64,000 nucleotides of DNA from Balanoglossus misakiensis (taxonomy: Eukaryota > Animalia > Hemichordata): contig CM082592.2 in the NCBI GenBank assembly GCA_040954595.2, positions 8,295,677 to 8,359,676 on the forward strand, written 5' to 3'. The notes beneath the pieces were generated by a model. That model was not told the origin of the DNA. It saw only the letters and a program-made list of their open reading frames with translations, and did no database searches. Positions within the stretch are counted from its first letter, which is position 1. The number at the start of each line of letters is the position of its first letter. A program made the position numbers and the translations under genes. Shown one piece after another: positions 51,901-63,828 of the stretch.

Positions 51901-54900
51901 GGCGCCTGGTACTGCTCTGTCTCTCCAGAGTTTTCCGATGGCGACTGTCCTTCTTCGTTTTGTATAAGAGCTGAAACACAGAACAGTTAGTTAACGGTGC
52001 AAGAAATTTGATATTTGACACAAAAACGCAAAGTTTGTCGTTGTCCTGGCCCTTATCAATCAAATTGTCGTGTGATCGACAGATTTCCAAGATGGAATTA
52101 TTGTAAATGCTATTTGACCCCCTAGCATGAAGTAAAAAGTTGTCCGGCTAAGGTAGCAAGAATTCACACACGTAAAACATGGCGACTGGGGAATAAACGA
52201 TGTACTCAAAAGGTCGTTCCATACCTTCAGTTTCACTTTCACTTTCGGTGTCGTGCTGTCGTCTGCTGAAACATTTGGAAAACTTCGGAGTGATGACGAC
52301 AACAATGACATATCCGACATAGAGGCCGATGAAACCTAAAATGGCACAACGGAAGTAAGCTCGTATTAATTTTGTGATGAGAACGTTGGGGAAATCAGTC
52401 CTTAAGATCTTCAATGACAGTGTCAAATCGGTCAGGCTACGACGCACACACACGGACAAACAGTGAAATAAATGATCAGACAGACAGACAGACAAATATT
52501 GTCCAGACTCTCACCCAGCGCTTCCTCGAAACTGATTCCGCCATCGTAAACAACATAGAACGTCCAGAAACACGCTCCCAGATAAACTATGACGTCACGT
52601 AAAAACTCCACCTGGGTATCAATCCGAAAGGTGGCTACCATGACCACGAAGAAGACCACGACCGTCGTGATGAATATACCACTTCCTGTAAAATATTTCA
52701 ACGTTAATTTTATTCTATCAAATGTCTATAGAGTTTATTACACGGAGACATGCACTTAAGTTGAACTTTTAGTGAGCTCAAGGGATTGTTTTCAAGTACT
52801 TGATAAATTGTCTTCCTGTTTCTATTTTAAAACATTATTTCACTTCGCCTATCCTTCCTCAAAATCTGTGTAGGCCTTCATGAAGTGACCTTTAACATCA
52901 TACATGTATAGGCCTAGGCCTGCATGTGTAATTTGCATATGACGCTATAAGCTTGTCCAGCCAACTGGAACTTTTCCAGGATCTGGAGACGATAATTTGT
53001 ATATGTGTTAAAGATGTTCCATTTTCCGGCAAATTTAAGGGGGCAAATTATTAAATGCTTACCGAAAAGTCCCCCGATCGCGAGACTCAATCCGCCATCT
53101 TTTCCGTGACCCTTTTTGACCGCAGCGATGGCACTGAATACATCGGGTGCTCCGTTCCCAAAAGCAAGAAATGTCACGCCGTATGATACTCAGCTAAGGA
53201 AATTGTGACACTTACGATGAATTGAACGACACAAATCGACAATGGAAGAGAGATCGTGCTTTTTTGCAGTTTCGCTTCTCTTTGTTCCGAATTTCCAACA
53301 AAACAGAAATGCCAATTTTTTTTTTAACTGGCGTGTATCATGCTTTAGTGATACGCAACCAATGAGAAAATTTGTGGGTTGCAACCCCAAATATGGCCGC
53401 CGGAGTCAAAGTACTGCCAATGTCATGGCGAGAAAACTTCACACGAAGCAGCGCATGAAAAGATGACTTTGTCTACTCAAGCAAGTTGCGTCATGATATC
53501 GAACTGTATACAAAAGGATATTGCGACGTTTTCATTCAATTTGAGCGTCTTCGATATCACTTCCAAACACGGACAGAAGCTAGAAGGAAAAAAAGAAAGA
53601 ACAAAAATCACAGTTAAACGTTTCAACTCTTGTACTCCAATTGTATTTACTTTATCGTTAAATTAAACATGTACCAAAACTACCATTACATCATAGTTGA
53701 AAATCCGAGTGACGTCACGGTAATTTTCACTTTCTGGTCGCACCACGTGCAACAAGCTGAAGATTGTGCGATACATACATTGTACTGCCAACGCAATTGT
53801 ACGTCTATAACACTATATAGGGTCCCCTAAGTCATTGTAAAATGAAAGTGAACTTACAAACTTTCTGCGACCAATCCCAGAGACAGGAACATGTATATCA
53901 ACCAGAGAAACTGCAAACGAGAGGGGGATATATACGGCCATTTGTTATCAGGCTTTGTTGATGAATTGGACATATAAATCTAGTTATTTTATTTCCCCCA
54001 CGCCCTCTCAATAAAACATATAACTATACGTCCACTCCCGTAGGTCAGAAGATCATCAACCCTTTGAATGCGCGCGTGCGCAGTGCGTTGAACCGAAAAG
54101 GAACGGCTCGAAAACAGATACTTACCAAAGGTACCAGCAGTACGTAGAACAATACTTCGTCTTTTTCGGCGAAACAGTGCATTAGTTGCAAATAGTTGAA
54201 GAAACCGTCCTCGCTGTGGCAGTCACCGGTGTCTATGATAAACTGACAGCGATCGGAATAGGCGTGTGTCAAAACTTCGGTGCACTGCCGAAAGAAACGG
54301 ACGGGGGAATTACATTCGGAAATCTTAAGGACACGCTCCGAAGGGCAGTAATGGGTCACTAATCACACTGCAGGCCCCGTGGGGGGGGGGGGGAGGTGAT
54401 CCTAAGAAGAAGGGCGGGGTCGCTGGCGCATTAGTATGCTGTGGTATTTGCCTGATGCCACACGAACAATTTTGCCAATCACAATATAGAATTTGTGAGA
54501 ATTTGATCCCATCTGCTTGGTAATACTGTGTTTTCTCAGGTTAAAGGATAACCCCACGTCGAAACAGAAATTATGTATAATCACTTGCACACTTTTACTT
54601 TCGACCGTGCTAAGTTACTGACGCAACACCGCATCTTATATACTTATGCGACGGAAAGTTGCAACCATATACCTTGTGACAATAAATAATTCAATCAATC
54701 TTTATTATCCAAATTGGGACAGCTTTGCGGAAATAAAACAACCCGTACTCGTGATATTGTATAATGGGTGCTGAAATCAGGAATGCAAGATACTTCTGTC
54801 ATTGGGAAGTCCCCCGTTCCCCCTGAAACTGCATGATAAGAATTGCCATTTTCATTGAAACTTCCGCGTTCGGGTTCACGACGCGACTCCCGGGGGCTGA

Positions 54901-55481
54901 GAGCTAGAGCACCAAGCCCAGGGGTGATTAACTTCCCGTTCAATATTAAAGCAGCTCAAATCAATGAACAACAACTTTGTTTCTTGTCGCGGCGTGATCA
55001 ACTCTCAAATATACTTGATATGCTCTGTCTATACCACGCGATATATACTGATTTTACATTATGCATTTGGCGGTACCTTAGATTCGCGCGTGTCTCTGTA
55101 TTGCGGTATGGATGGTCGCTTCACGGTCTCAGAACTGCTAGATACTGACTTCTTGAAAATAGCTGTTCTTTCTTTGCAAGAAAACGCACGCAGGGAAACA
55201 TCAAAGTCAGTTGTCAAACAATGCCATGAAGGAGGGGGCTCTCTTTTCAACGCCAACGAGGCCAACGCAGTACTCACCAGCACTTTGGCACTCTGATCGC
55301 TGTCTCCATTTACGGATGACAAACTTTTCGCATCACCTGAAAGCGAAACGTTGGCTTGATTCAGTTCCCTGTGCGAATTCCACCCGAGCGCGGATCTCGC
55401 CTGTCCGTAATTTACGGCGCAGACCAGTGTAAGCACCAACATAAACACCCTCTCTTGACTAGATGCGAGCGTTCTCTCCAT
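48997..55481 (-). CDS. SLC8B1: NCLX/SLC8B1-family paralogue, copy 3, about 703 aa, 17 exons: 55278-55481, 54126-54284, 53858-53910, 53522-53579, 53063-53180, 52515-52685, 52225-52335, 51803-51970, 51314-51487, 51019-51167, 50742-50874, 50401-50522, 50194-50271, 49982-50057, 49709-49789, 49391-49455, 48997-49188
   Basis: Alpha-1 GVTFLAFGNGAPDVFSA, alpha-2 GLLLLAMGNSIPDLITN, EFLRDVIVY, NNWNRILN, SACFGGPLLN. Intron phases are identical to copies 1 and 2; intact 2112-nt ORF. Confidence 0.9.
49456..49708 (-). other. U12-type GT-AG intron of NCLX copy 3
   Basis: 5' GTATCCTT, branch ACCTTGAC (49468-49475), and an A-rich 3' end (TTTAAAAAAAG) that lacks a U2-type pyrimidine tract. Confidence 0.87.
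53181..53521 (-). other. U12-type AT-AC intron of NCLX copy 3
   Basis: 5' ATATCCTTT, branch TTTCCTTAGC (53193-53202), terminal AC before GGCGTGACA (GVT). Confidence 0.92.
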
Positions 55482-55668
55482 TGCAAGTGTATCACTGTTT
55501 TCTGAGTGAAGAAGCCAAAAACGTACAACTGCTCTACAGAACCCAGTACATCCGTCGCCACGCAATCCATCCAACAGACGTCTACTATTGATGCTGTGAC
55601 ATGCGCAGTCTACACGTTTGAAACTTCCTCGTGGGTATTTCCCATATCAATTTGTTATCTTTTATTGC

Positions 55669-55695
55669 CATGTGACATGGTTTGTCACACGTGAC
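55669..55695 (-). promoter_or_regulatory. M-box and CLEAR-like E-boxes upstream of NCLX copy 3
   Basis: CATGTGAC (55669-55676) and CACGTGAC (55688-55695), about 190-215 bp upstream of the ATG. Confidence 0.35.
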
Positions 55696-56246
55696 TATGC
55701 GATGCGCCGCTTTCGAAGTCTAAAATTAGAAACCCTTTCAAAGAGCGAGTCTGACTGAAGACCACGCGGTTTGTGGGGCGGATAGACAGGGCATTGTCTG
55801 CCACACCTGCGTGCATTCATGGGATATATTGTGTATTCGCACGTTGGTAACCTGCGAAAATGTCGCCATTATAGCTGCCAAATGTATTATTGTCAAGATA
55901 GCCAAATAAAATTCAGCAAAGACTGTCAAAGTGTGAAATTCCAGCCAATATGGTTTATTTCTATAAAAACCAGGTTACTATAGTAACCGCGTTATCAACG
56001 ATATACTAAAACAGTTTAATAAATAAATATTTCATGCAAACCCATTAATTTTGTTATGTGTCATGACCGGCATGACGTCACTGGTAGAGAACAAGCCTCT
56101 AATATGTTAGTCCACCATACACCCTGGGTACAGACTTCTAAATTGAAGTCTTTTATGTCTTTGCAAACTTTGATTAGCTACTTCTAATTATTTCATTCAG
56201 TTTGTGTTCTGAGATCGAAACGTTAAGTTGCGAGCGTGGTAGTTAC

Positions 56247-59200
56247 TCAGACTACATACAAGTAGGCTATCAAGGCAGTGATGACCAAAAACACGCTTGG
56301 GACGATGACGCGACCCGAGCTGTTTTCCCCACCAACGGTGAAGTCATCTTCGCTTACGTTCCCGTCATTCAGAGGCAAACTCTCAGCGCCGAGGGCGACA
56401 TCGTCCGAGTGTTGCTGGGCTTTGTCCGGCTGCGTGAGGGCGCCGTGGCACGCGATGAAATCGCTGCCAATGGTGCGCGGGTAGCCGGATAGGGTGACGA
56501 AAGAGTCGTGCTGGAATTTGTAATATTGGTTTCCATTGAAAAAGTAAATGAAATTATCGCTGGCCTGAAAGACTGCGTCGATCTCAGTTGGAATACATCG
56601 CCAGTTAGTCATGGAGAATGGACCAACCACTTCCTTTTTCCAGTTTATCATATAGAAAAACCCATCTGGAAAAAAACAGAATTTAAAAGTTTATTTCTCA
56701 GCCCAATCATGGTCGAATAATGCTGTATTTAGCCGCGTTGAACGATCAGGCAGGCACGTAAGTCATGTCATGTCATAATGGCCTACACAAGCCACACACT
56801 TTATTAAAACTTCGAAGTACACATTTTAGTTTTTTTTTAACCGAATTGTTATGATGACGATATTCTCACCTTTAAAGAAATACGTCTGCCCATTGCCAGC
56901 GTACTCGAAAGCGCCGTCAATGCTATCAGGTAAGCCGACGAACTCAGTAGAGATAAGTTTAGGGTAGCCCGCATCCATCACCTGATTCTCAAAACGCCAC
57001 ACCAAATTATCCTAAAATAAGATAAGACGAAACAGAATGAGTCGAGTGATGAGTAACGGTCTTTCTTCCTTGGGTGACGGACCTCAGTCTGTGACGGATC
57101 CTCAGTCTAGATTTGGATTTCAAAATGGCTACCAAAGTCGGCAATCAAGATGCATGATGGGTATTTTAGACGTAGCCTACATGCCACGAGTATCCAATTT
57201 CGTGATATACCTTGAAGAACCATGTTTTCCCGCGCATTTCATCGTTTTGCCAAAACCAGTAGTTGGAGGCGGTGAAGGAAGCGTCGAAGTTTCCCGCCAA
57301 GCCTTGCCAGTCATCGCGGATTGATTTTGGATATCCTGGATCTGCGAAACCATCCGTCAACCGCCAGTACACCCCTCCTGTGAAAGATAAATACAATGTA
57401 ATGTTATTGTCGGTGGATCTGGATGTGATGGTTATACTATTAGGTACCTTGATCTCGATAGTGTTTTTACTTAGCTTTATCTCTACAGTCGAGAGGTCAG
57501 AGGAAACTCTAGGCCATTTTTAAACGGGGAAAATATTCGGGGTAATACTGTTATTTTCGATGTCAAAGTCTTTGCAACTAACCTTGGAAGACGTACGTGC
57601 TGCCGTCTTTTGTTTCCGTGATGGTATCGATGGCTGTCGGACAGAACTGGGGCGTATTCGGATTCGGGTTCGGATTTACAGCCTCCGTTGGATCAGGTTC
57701 TTCGGGTTTGGGGCCTGCCACGCCATGCCAAAGAAATTTATTAACAATAAATAAATAAAAATATTCTGGGAAACATAAACGCACGCGTGTTTTTCGACCA
57801 TGTCATACAGTACGTTGGCATTGTCAGGTTCGATTGGAGAGCAGTTTATAACTTCAAATCTCGCTGTGTCGTTGGGAGTTCTGTAAGCTTACTTACCGTA
57901 GAGGTACTGTATACCAGCAATGTCGTCAGAAGGAAGCTGGTAGTTGTACCGGAAGCCCATGTGGTAGGGATACATCAGAGAGCCATATACGTTGCTGTGG
58001 CCCAGTCCAAGACTGTGTCCAAACTCGTGTGCTGCCACCAAATACAGATTCGTGCCTGGCAAGCGCAAGAAAATATATCTCGATGTAATTTGCGTGCCGC
58101 ACCTGCGCGATGAGACTGAGAAACCCGTCGTTGCGAGCGCCTCGAGCGGTGGGTATCTCAGTCCAATGCGTGAACAGGTGTTTCCAAATTCACGATGAAA
58201 TTGAACGTAAGACTACACGTGTTCCCTGCGATTCTCACTGCCGCCTCGTCGACTGTTTTTTTTTTTACGGTATAGGCCTACGTCGAGAATTACCCGTCGA
58301 ATAACCACTGTCTGTGTCATACCAATTTTTATTTGAACAATTACATTTATCGCGTCAATTCAACAGCGTGAGAATGATCCGATGGCGCACCACAGATTTT
58401 AAAACTTACCATAATAAGTATTGGCGGTCCAGGTCTCGCCGTCGTCGAAGTGGGCATCGCCCGCAATGTCGCCGTAAAAGGTGGGGTAGAACGCATGCGC
58501 CAGGATTTTGCTGGGTCCGTCGAAGGCCGACCAGTAGAACGGCCCGTCGCGGTGGGGTATGTAGGGGGCCGGGAACATGATATCGATATCGGCTTGGCTG
58601 TTCGCGTCGACCTGGGTAAACTTGAGTGGGGTCACGTCCGACCAAAGCTTGAAAGCGGCAGCAATTTCCCTGTCGACGATTGACTCCGCCATGTCTGCGG
58701 TGTACTGAGATATTCTGTACGTGAGTTCGGTCTTGTACCACCTGACCGGTGCAAAGAAGCGCTTCCTTCGCCCGCTCTCGTCGTCTCCGTCGATGTCGCC
58801 TTCTAAGTCCGGCATCCCACAGCGAGGTTCGTTCATCTTTTCGATGGTGGCGTCGTCAAGTTCACCTGGTAATAGGATTAAGGAGGTAGACTTTGATAAA
58901 TCATATTCAGTATAACTTCTGCGCAAGTTTTCTTAAATGTCAACTGAAAAGGTGTTACTTGCAGATAAGAGAAAATAAACGACGAGAAGTTGGGAAAGGT
59001 ATAGAACTCACTATCGGCCGATATATTGGTTGCGAGGAACCTGGACACATACGCGATTGTGTAAATTATTATTTAGTCAGGATTGCATGGGGCAAGGTAA
59101 ATTGATAATAAAACATACCTGTTTCGTTTAAGTGTGCAAACCTTTGGAATTCTCGTATTGGCTTGAATACTTCGTGTTCTGTCATGAGAGCATTAGGCAA

Positions 59201-60407
59201 GACTTTGGCGTAGCCATAGTGCTCTAAAAATTGCTGGGGAAGAAATGAGACATAACAATTAAGAAACAAATCAACCCGCGCATTGTCAAGGTGGGTCGAT
59301 ACAAAAATGGGATAAATTAATAAATTAAGGCCATTTTTGACACCAAAGCCCCAAAGGTGTGGGACATGTTAAACTCAACAGGTTGTTGTCCTATAGTTTA
59401 GCGTGATAGTTGTCAAGTGCCAGAGTAGAAGAGTGGCCAGCCGGCCCACTCCCAGTGGAAGGCCGTTGTTACTCGCGTCACACCTATAACACTAAACTCT
59501 TTTATGTGGGACACCACTTTCTTTTATGATGGTCTGAATAAACAAACCTGTATACATGTACAAAAGTAGTGCGGTCGAACGGTTAAAACTTCCTTGATGT
59601 ATCCGTGTTTTCCGCGGAAACTAACCATCCGTCCGGATATTACTCGAGGAAAATTCTTATTGAATTACCGTCATGAACGTCGGTGGCGTAGCAGTAAAAA
59701 TGCAAACAATGTCGGCAACGCACGTCTTTACTCCGTAAATCCTAAGTGTTTTTTCTCACTACACCGTTTTGTGTTTTGTACGGCGTCGCACGTGACCCTT
59801 GTTCACCATACCGATACAATTACCGCTATCCGTCGACTGATCCGTTTTGAAAGTCATTGACCATACAGACCCTCTTTTCACTGTCAGTGTCGTAACTCGA
59901 CTGTCACTGTATTGTCGGACATGTGACCTTGGGGATCCGAGATTACAAAATCGATGACTAACGGCTTGCATAAGGCTGGATTTTCGCCTTCAGATGAATG
60001 AACGAAAACGCTAAAATTTTTCACTAGATAGCCTTCGCGCCGGTTCTGTCGTGCCCTGTGGTTCTTTATATCCCCTATTGCTTTTTTCTCGGTTTTCGTG
60101 TCTTTAATAGCGTCTTGAGAAATCGTTCACAAATTAAAGAAATGTGTAAACCGCCAGAAAGAAACCGAGACAGCGTTGAGCGAGGTTTTATAGTGCACGT
60201 GTTAGCCTTTCAAATCTTTTATAATTCAAATATTTAATGGTGAATATACGCAAAAAACAAACTTACCATCGCATCGCCAATGTTGGCGATCAGCTGCGCC
60301 GGGGCGGGTGGAAGATGACCGGCGATGGGCGCTGCTGTCGCTCGACGGGTGGCCCACATACAGGTGACTGCGACGGCGACAAATATTTGGAGTCTGTACA
60401 CAATCAT
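56247..60407 (-). CDS. Membrane-type matrix metalloproteinase A (furin-activated, probably GPI-anchored; MMP17/25-like architecture), about 576 aa; exons 60267-60407, 59119-59233, 58410-58865, 57897-58055, 57583-57714, 57211-57377, 56870-57011, 56247-56665
   Basis: Signal peptide, FLEHYGY, cysteine switch PRCGMPD, RRKR furin site, AHAF...[11 protein letters not shown], zinc motif [11 protein letters not shown], Met-turn SLMYP, Pro/Asn hinge, four hemopexin blades, and a C-terminal NSS plus hydrophobic tail with no cytoplasmic domain. Intact 1731-nt ORF. Confidence 0.94.
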
Positions 60408-60659
60408 TATCGTCTCTCGTTCATTGGTGGAAAGTATTCTCGGACAGTGCGGCTCCTGTCGTTTCTACACGAGCCCGGCTTGGATTGGATTGCGATTCAC
60501 GCAATTTTACGCAGGTGTTGACAATGGTTCCCTTTCGAGTGGGAAAGTGGAGTCAAGGTGCGGCTTTGGTGGAACGGAATGTGATGGCGCGTTCGCTGTG
60601 TCGGCAAAGTATATAGCACGCTGGCCGCGGCGATTTCTCGGTCTATTCCACTTATGTAA

Positions 60660-60770
60660 ACATTTATATGTATTGCTAAGGCGGGCAGTGAGAGTCCATA
60701 TTCAGATGGTCAGAGTATTATACAAACGCCAGTCGGTTTATCATTGGCGGCGTTCAGTGACGTCATGCGC
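60660..60770 (-). promoter_or_regulatory. Putative promoter of MMP gene A
   Basis: On the minus strand: TATAAA (60663-60668), CCAAT (60743-60747) and a full palindromic CRE TGACGTCA (60758-60765), in the expected order upstream of the ATG. Confidence 0.35.
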
Positions 60771-61725
60771 TCTGTGAATTTGGTACCGTGTGCACGCTGA
60801 TCATTTCGCAGAATGGACGTTTAAAAATCCGCGAAGGACTCCCGTTTCGTAAAGGACACTCTCTGGACAATAGGTGACCCCGTTGTCTGGAAGGTCAAGT
60901 CAGTTTCGCCGGACAACAAAACCCTTCCATACAATTTTATGAATTGCAAAGACGTATCTTCACTCTTTTGACGCAGGTATAAAGCGACCAGCTTTCATTC
61001 CATCCCATAAACCCGTTTGGCGCAGAAATATATTGTGCAGAAAGCTGGCACAAATGAAAACAAACTAAGAATGCTTTATACAATATTACTTATTGTGTTT
61101 TACAAATGAGAACAGAAACAACCACGCACACACATCCATCCATATAAAGCAGTTTCAGTGTATTCCGTATGTAGTGTTTTAATAAAGTAAGAAAAAAATA
61201 ATGCTTATATCATTATGATTTACATAATAAATATTTCAAGTTGACCAACACATTTCTTGCTGTTGCCGTGGCCAGCACAACGCCAGCACCAGTGGTCCGG
61301 CCTCTGGTATGTATTGGCTAACCGAATAATAAATATTACATAATTAAAATTCAAGTCTTTATCGACCAGCTGTTTTACGCTTTCTGACCGCACGATAGAA
61401 ATCACACGAAGATTTAACTTCCGGAAAGGGAAAGTTAACTTGTTATACATGTCATAGACAATACCCATAATGCATAATACTGTGTTATTTTGTAAATGAT
61501 CATGGTTGGAACTTTTGACTACACGAACTTAAAAAAATACCACTTCAACTTCGAACTAAAATATCTAGTCATGATCACATACAAAGCTCTGTCTGTTATG
61601 GAGGTGCCTCCATTGTTAGAATTAACTAAATAACCGCTGCTTTAGATGGAGTGCGACCAGCGCAACCCCACCGCAATTAAATTTTACTGACGGATAATAC
61701 CGTCTCACATTGCATGGCAGTGACG

Positions 61726-63828
61726 TTAATATTGGACAATCAGGGTAATTGTCAACAAAATTAGGCTTGGGAAGAGTCCGTGTCCGGCGCTGTTCTCTCC
61801 AGCCTCGAGGTTGATTTCGTCGCCGTCGACTTCGTCAAGAAGCATCGCATCGTCTTCTCCGAACTCGATGTCCGGTCGCCCGAGGTCGGAGTTGCTGCAC
61901 TGCACCCAGCCGCTGCCGATGGTCCGTGGGTAGCCGGGCAGGACGTTGAATGTGTCGTGCTCGAACTTGTAGTACTGGTTTCCCTTGAAGAAGTAGACGT
62001 AGCGATCGCTGGCCTGGAGGACGGAGTCTACCTTTGAAGGAATTCCGTTCCAGTTGTTCATGTAAAACGGTCCGACTACGTCCATTCTCCAGTTGATCAT
62101 ATAGAAATAACCATCTGAAGCGAAGGAAATGAAAAATACATGTATTATTGACAGAAACATTTTGCAATGACGTTGTCTGGACAACACGATGGCTTGTCAA
62201 AAGATTTACATTTTTAATAATTCCATAATATATAACCCGTGTGGTCGTGTCGTGCCCGTACTCACCTTTAAAGAAATAAGTCTGTCCGTTGCCGTCGAAC
62301 TCGAAGGCGGCGTCAACGTTTTCTGGCAAGCCACGGAACTCCTCGCCGATTTGCTTCGGATAGCCTGGATCCATCGCCTGATTCTCAAAACGCCAGACTT
62401 GACTACCCTGTGATATTAAAGGGGAACGTTAGCCTCCATTCTAGAGTTTATGCTTCGGAATGTGGTTTCCACAACTTTCACTTACGCACATATCAAAGCC
62501 TCAAAAGTACGCGAAACCGGAAGTGACGTAGTCGCGTATCACGTCAGAATTACTACGTTCGGGTCTTTTGCCATGTTTCTATAGACCAAGTCGATAATTA
62601 TTTGAAAGAATTTATTACAAACCTTAAAGAACCAGGTCTTTCCGAGCATCCCAGTGCTTCTCCAAAACCAGTAGTTAGAGGCGGTGAACGAAGCATCAAA
62701 GTTACCCATCACTCCCTGCCAGTTATCTCGGATCAGTTTGGGGTATCCGGAATCCACGTGGCCATTGGTCAATCGCCAGTAGATTTCACCTGAAAGGTTC
62801 ACGAACAGGGTAAAATTAGTATTCAAATAGTATTCAACAGTTCCAAGATATGATCGGAGACATCCCCTTTCTCTTTGCAATCACTTACAAACCTATTTGA
62901 GTAGTAAAAGTAAAATAACTTTGGCTTTTACCTTTGAAGGCGTACGTGCTTCCGTCTTTTGTCTCTGTGATTGTGTCGATGGTGGTTGGGCAGAATACAG
63001 GTGGGTTTGGGTTTGGGTTTGGGTTAGGATTCGGATTGGGATTTGGGGCTGGTGTGGATGTTGGCTCTGGTGCTTCGTCGGGCTTCGCTCCTGCAAAGAC
63101 AGAAATGGCGTACTTAGTCCATGAAAAAAAAATGTGTTGGACAGTTCGATGCCCGATCGATAATATGGCGAAGACATTATCTCTTTGTCAGCAGTTCAAG
63201 AAACGCTCGCGTGCGCAAGTGCGTCCACACACACGCGCGCCTCAAAAAAGGGACACACTTACCGTATAGAAACTGGATTCCGGCGATATCGTCAGCGTCA
63301 AGCTGAAAGTCGGGTTTGTATCCAGTGTGATAGGGGTACATGAGGGAACCAAACACGTCACTGTGACCCAGACCGAGACTATGGCCGAATTCGTGAGCAG
63401 CCACCAAGTAAAGATTGACACCTGGTAAAAAAGCAATATATAGCATCCGTAAGCATCTGTACATGTATAAGTGGGTCAGTTCGAATACCTAATTCTTCGT
63501 CGTAAATGACTTCAAACAATGTAAAACCCAACAAGTTAATGGGACAGAAAAAATGAATGCACTGCACAAAATAATTCTCCATCTCCATACCTGAATATGA
63601 ATCTGCCGTCCAAGTTTCACCGTCATCAAAATGTGCGTCCCCTTTTACGTCGCCGTATGAGCTTGGGTAGAACGCATGCGCTAGAACTTTTCCTGGTCCG
63701 TCGAAGGTGGACGAGAAGAAGGGCCCGTCGTAGTGCGGAATGTAGGGGGCGGGAAACGAAATGTTGATGTCGGCCTTAACACTGCCGTCGACTTTTGTAA
63801 ATTTGAGGGGAGTCTCATCCGACCAAAG
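61726..63828 (-). CDS. Membrane-type matrix metalloproteinase B (tandem paralogue), 3' part; exons 63591-63828, 63263-63421, 62932-63090, 62623-62789, 62266-62407, 61726-62114; 5' exons lie beyond the right edge
   Basis: [43 protein letters not shown], (PN)n hinge, hemopexin blades and ENSAG plus hydrophobic tail. Exon sizes 159/167/142 match gene A. Confidence 0.94.

Noticed and set aside
55059-55574. 171-aa ORF as a separate gene
   Set aside because: It is NCLX copy 3 exon 1 (55278-55481) plus read-through into the intron.
60325-60777. 150-aa plus-strand ORF
   Set aside because: Antisense over the first exon and promoter of MMP gene A; no homology cues.
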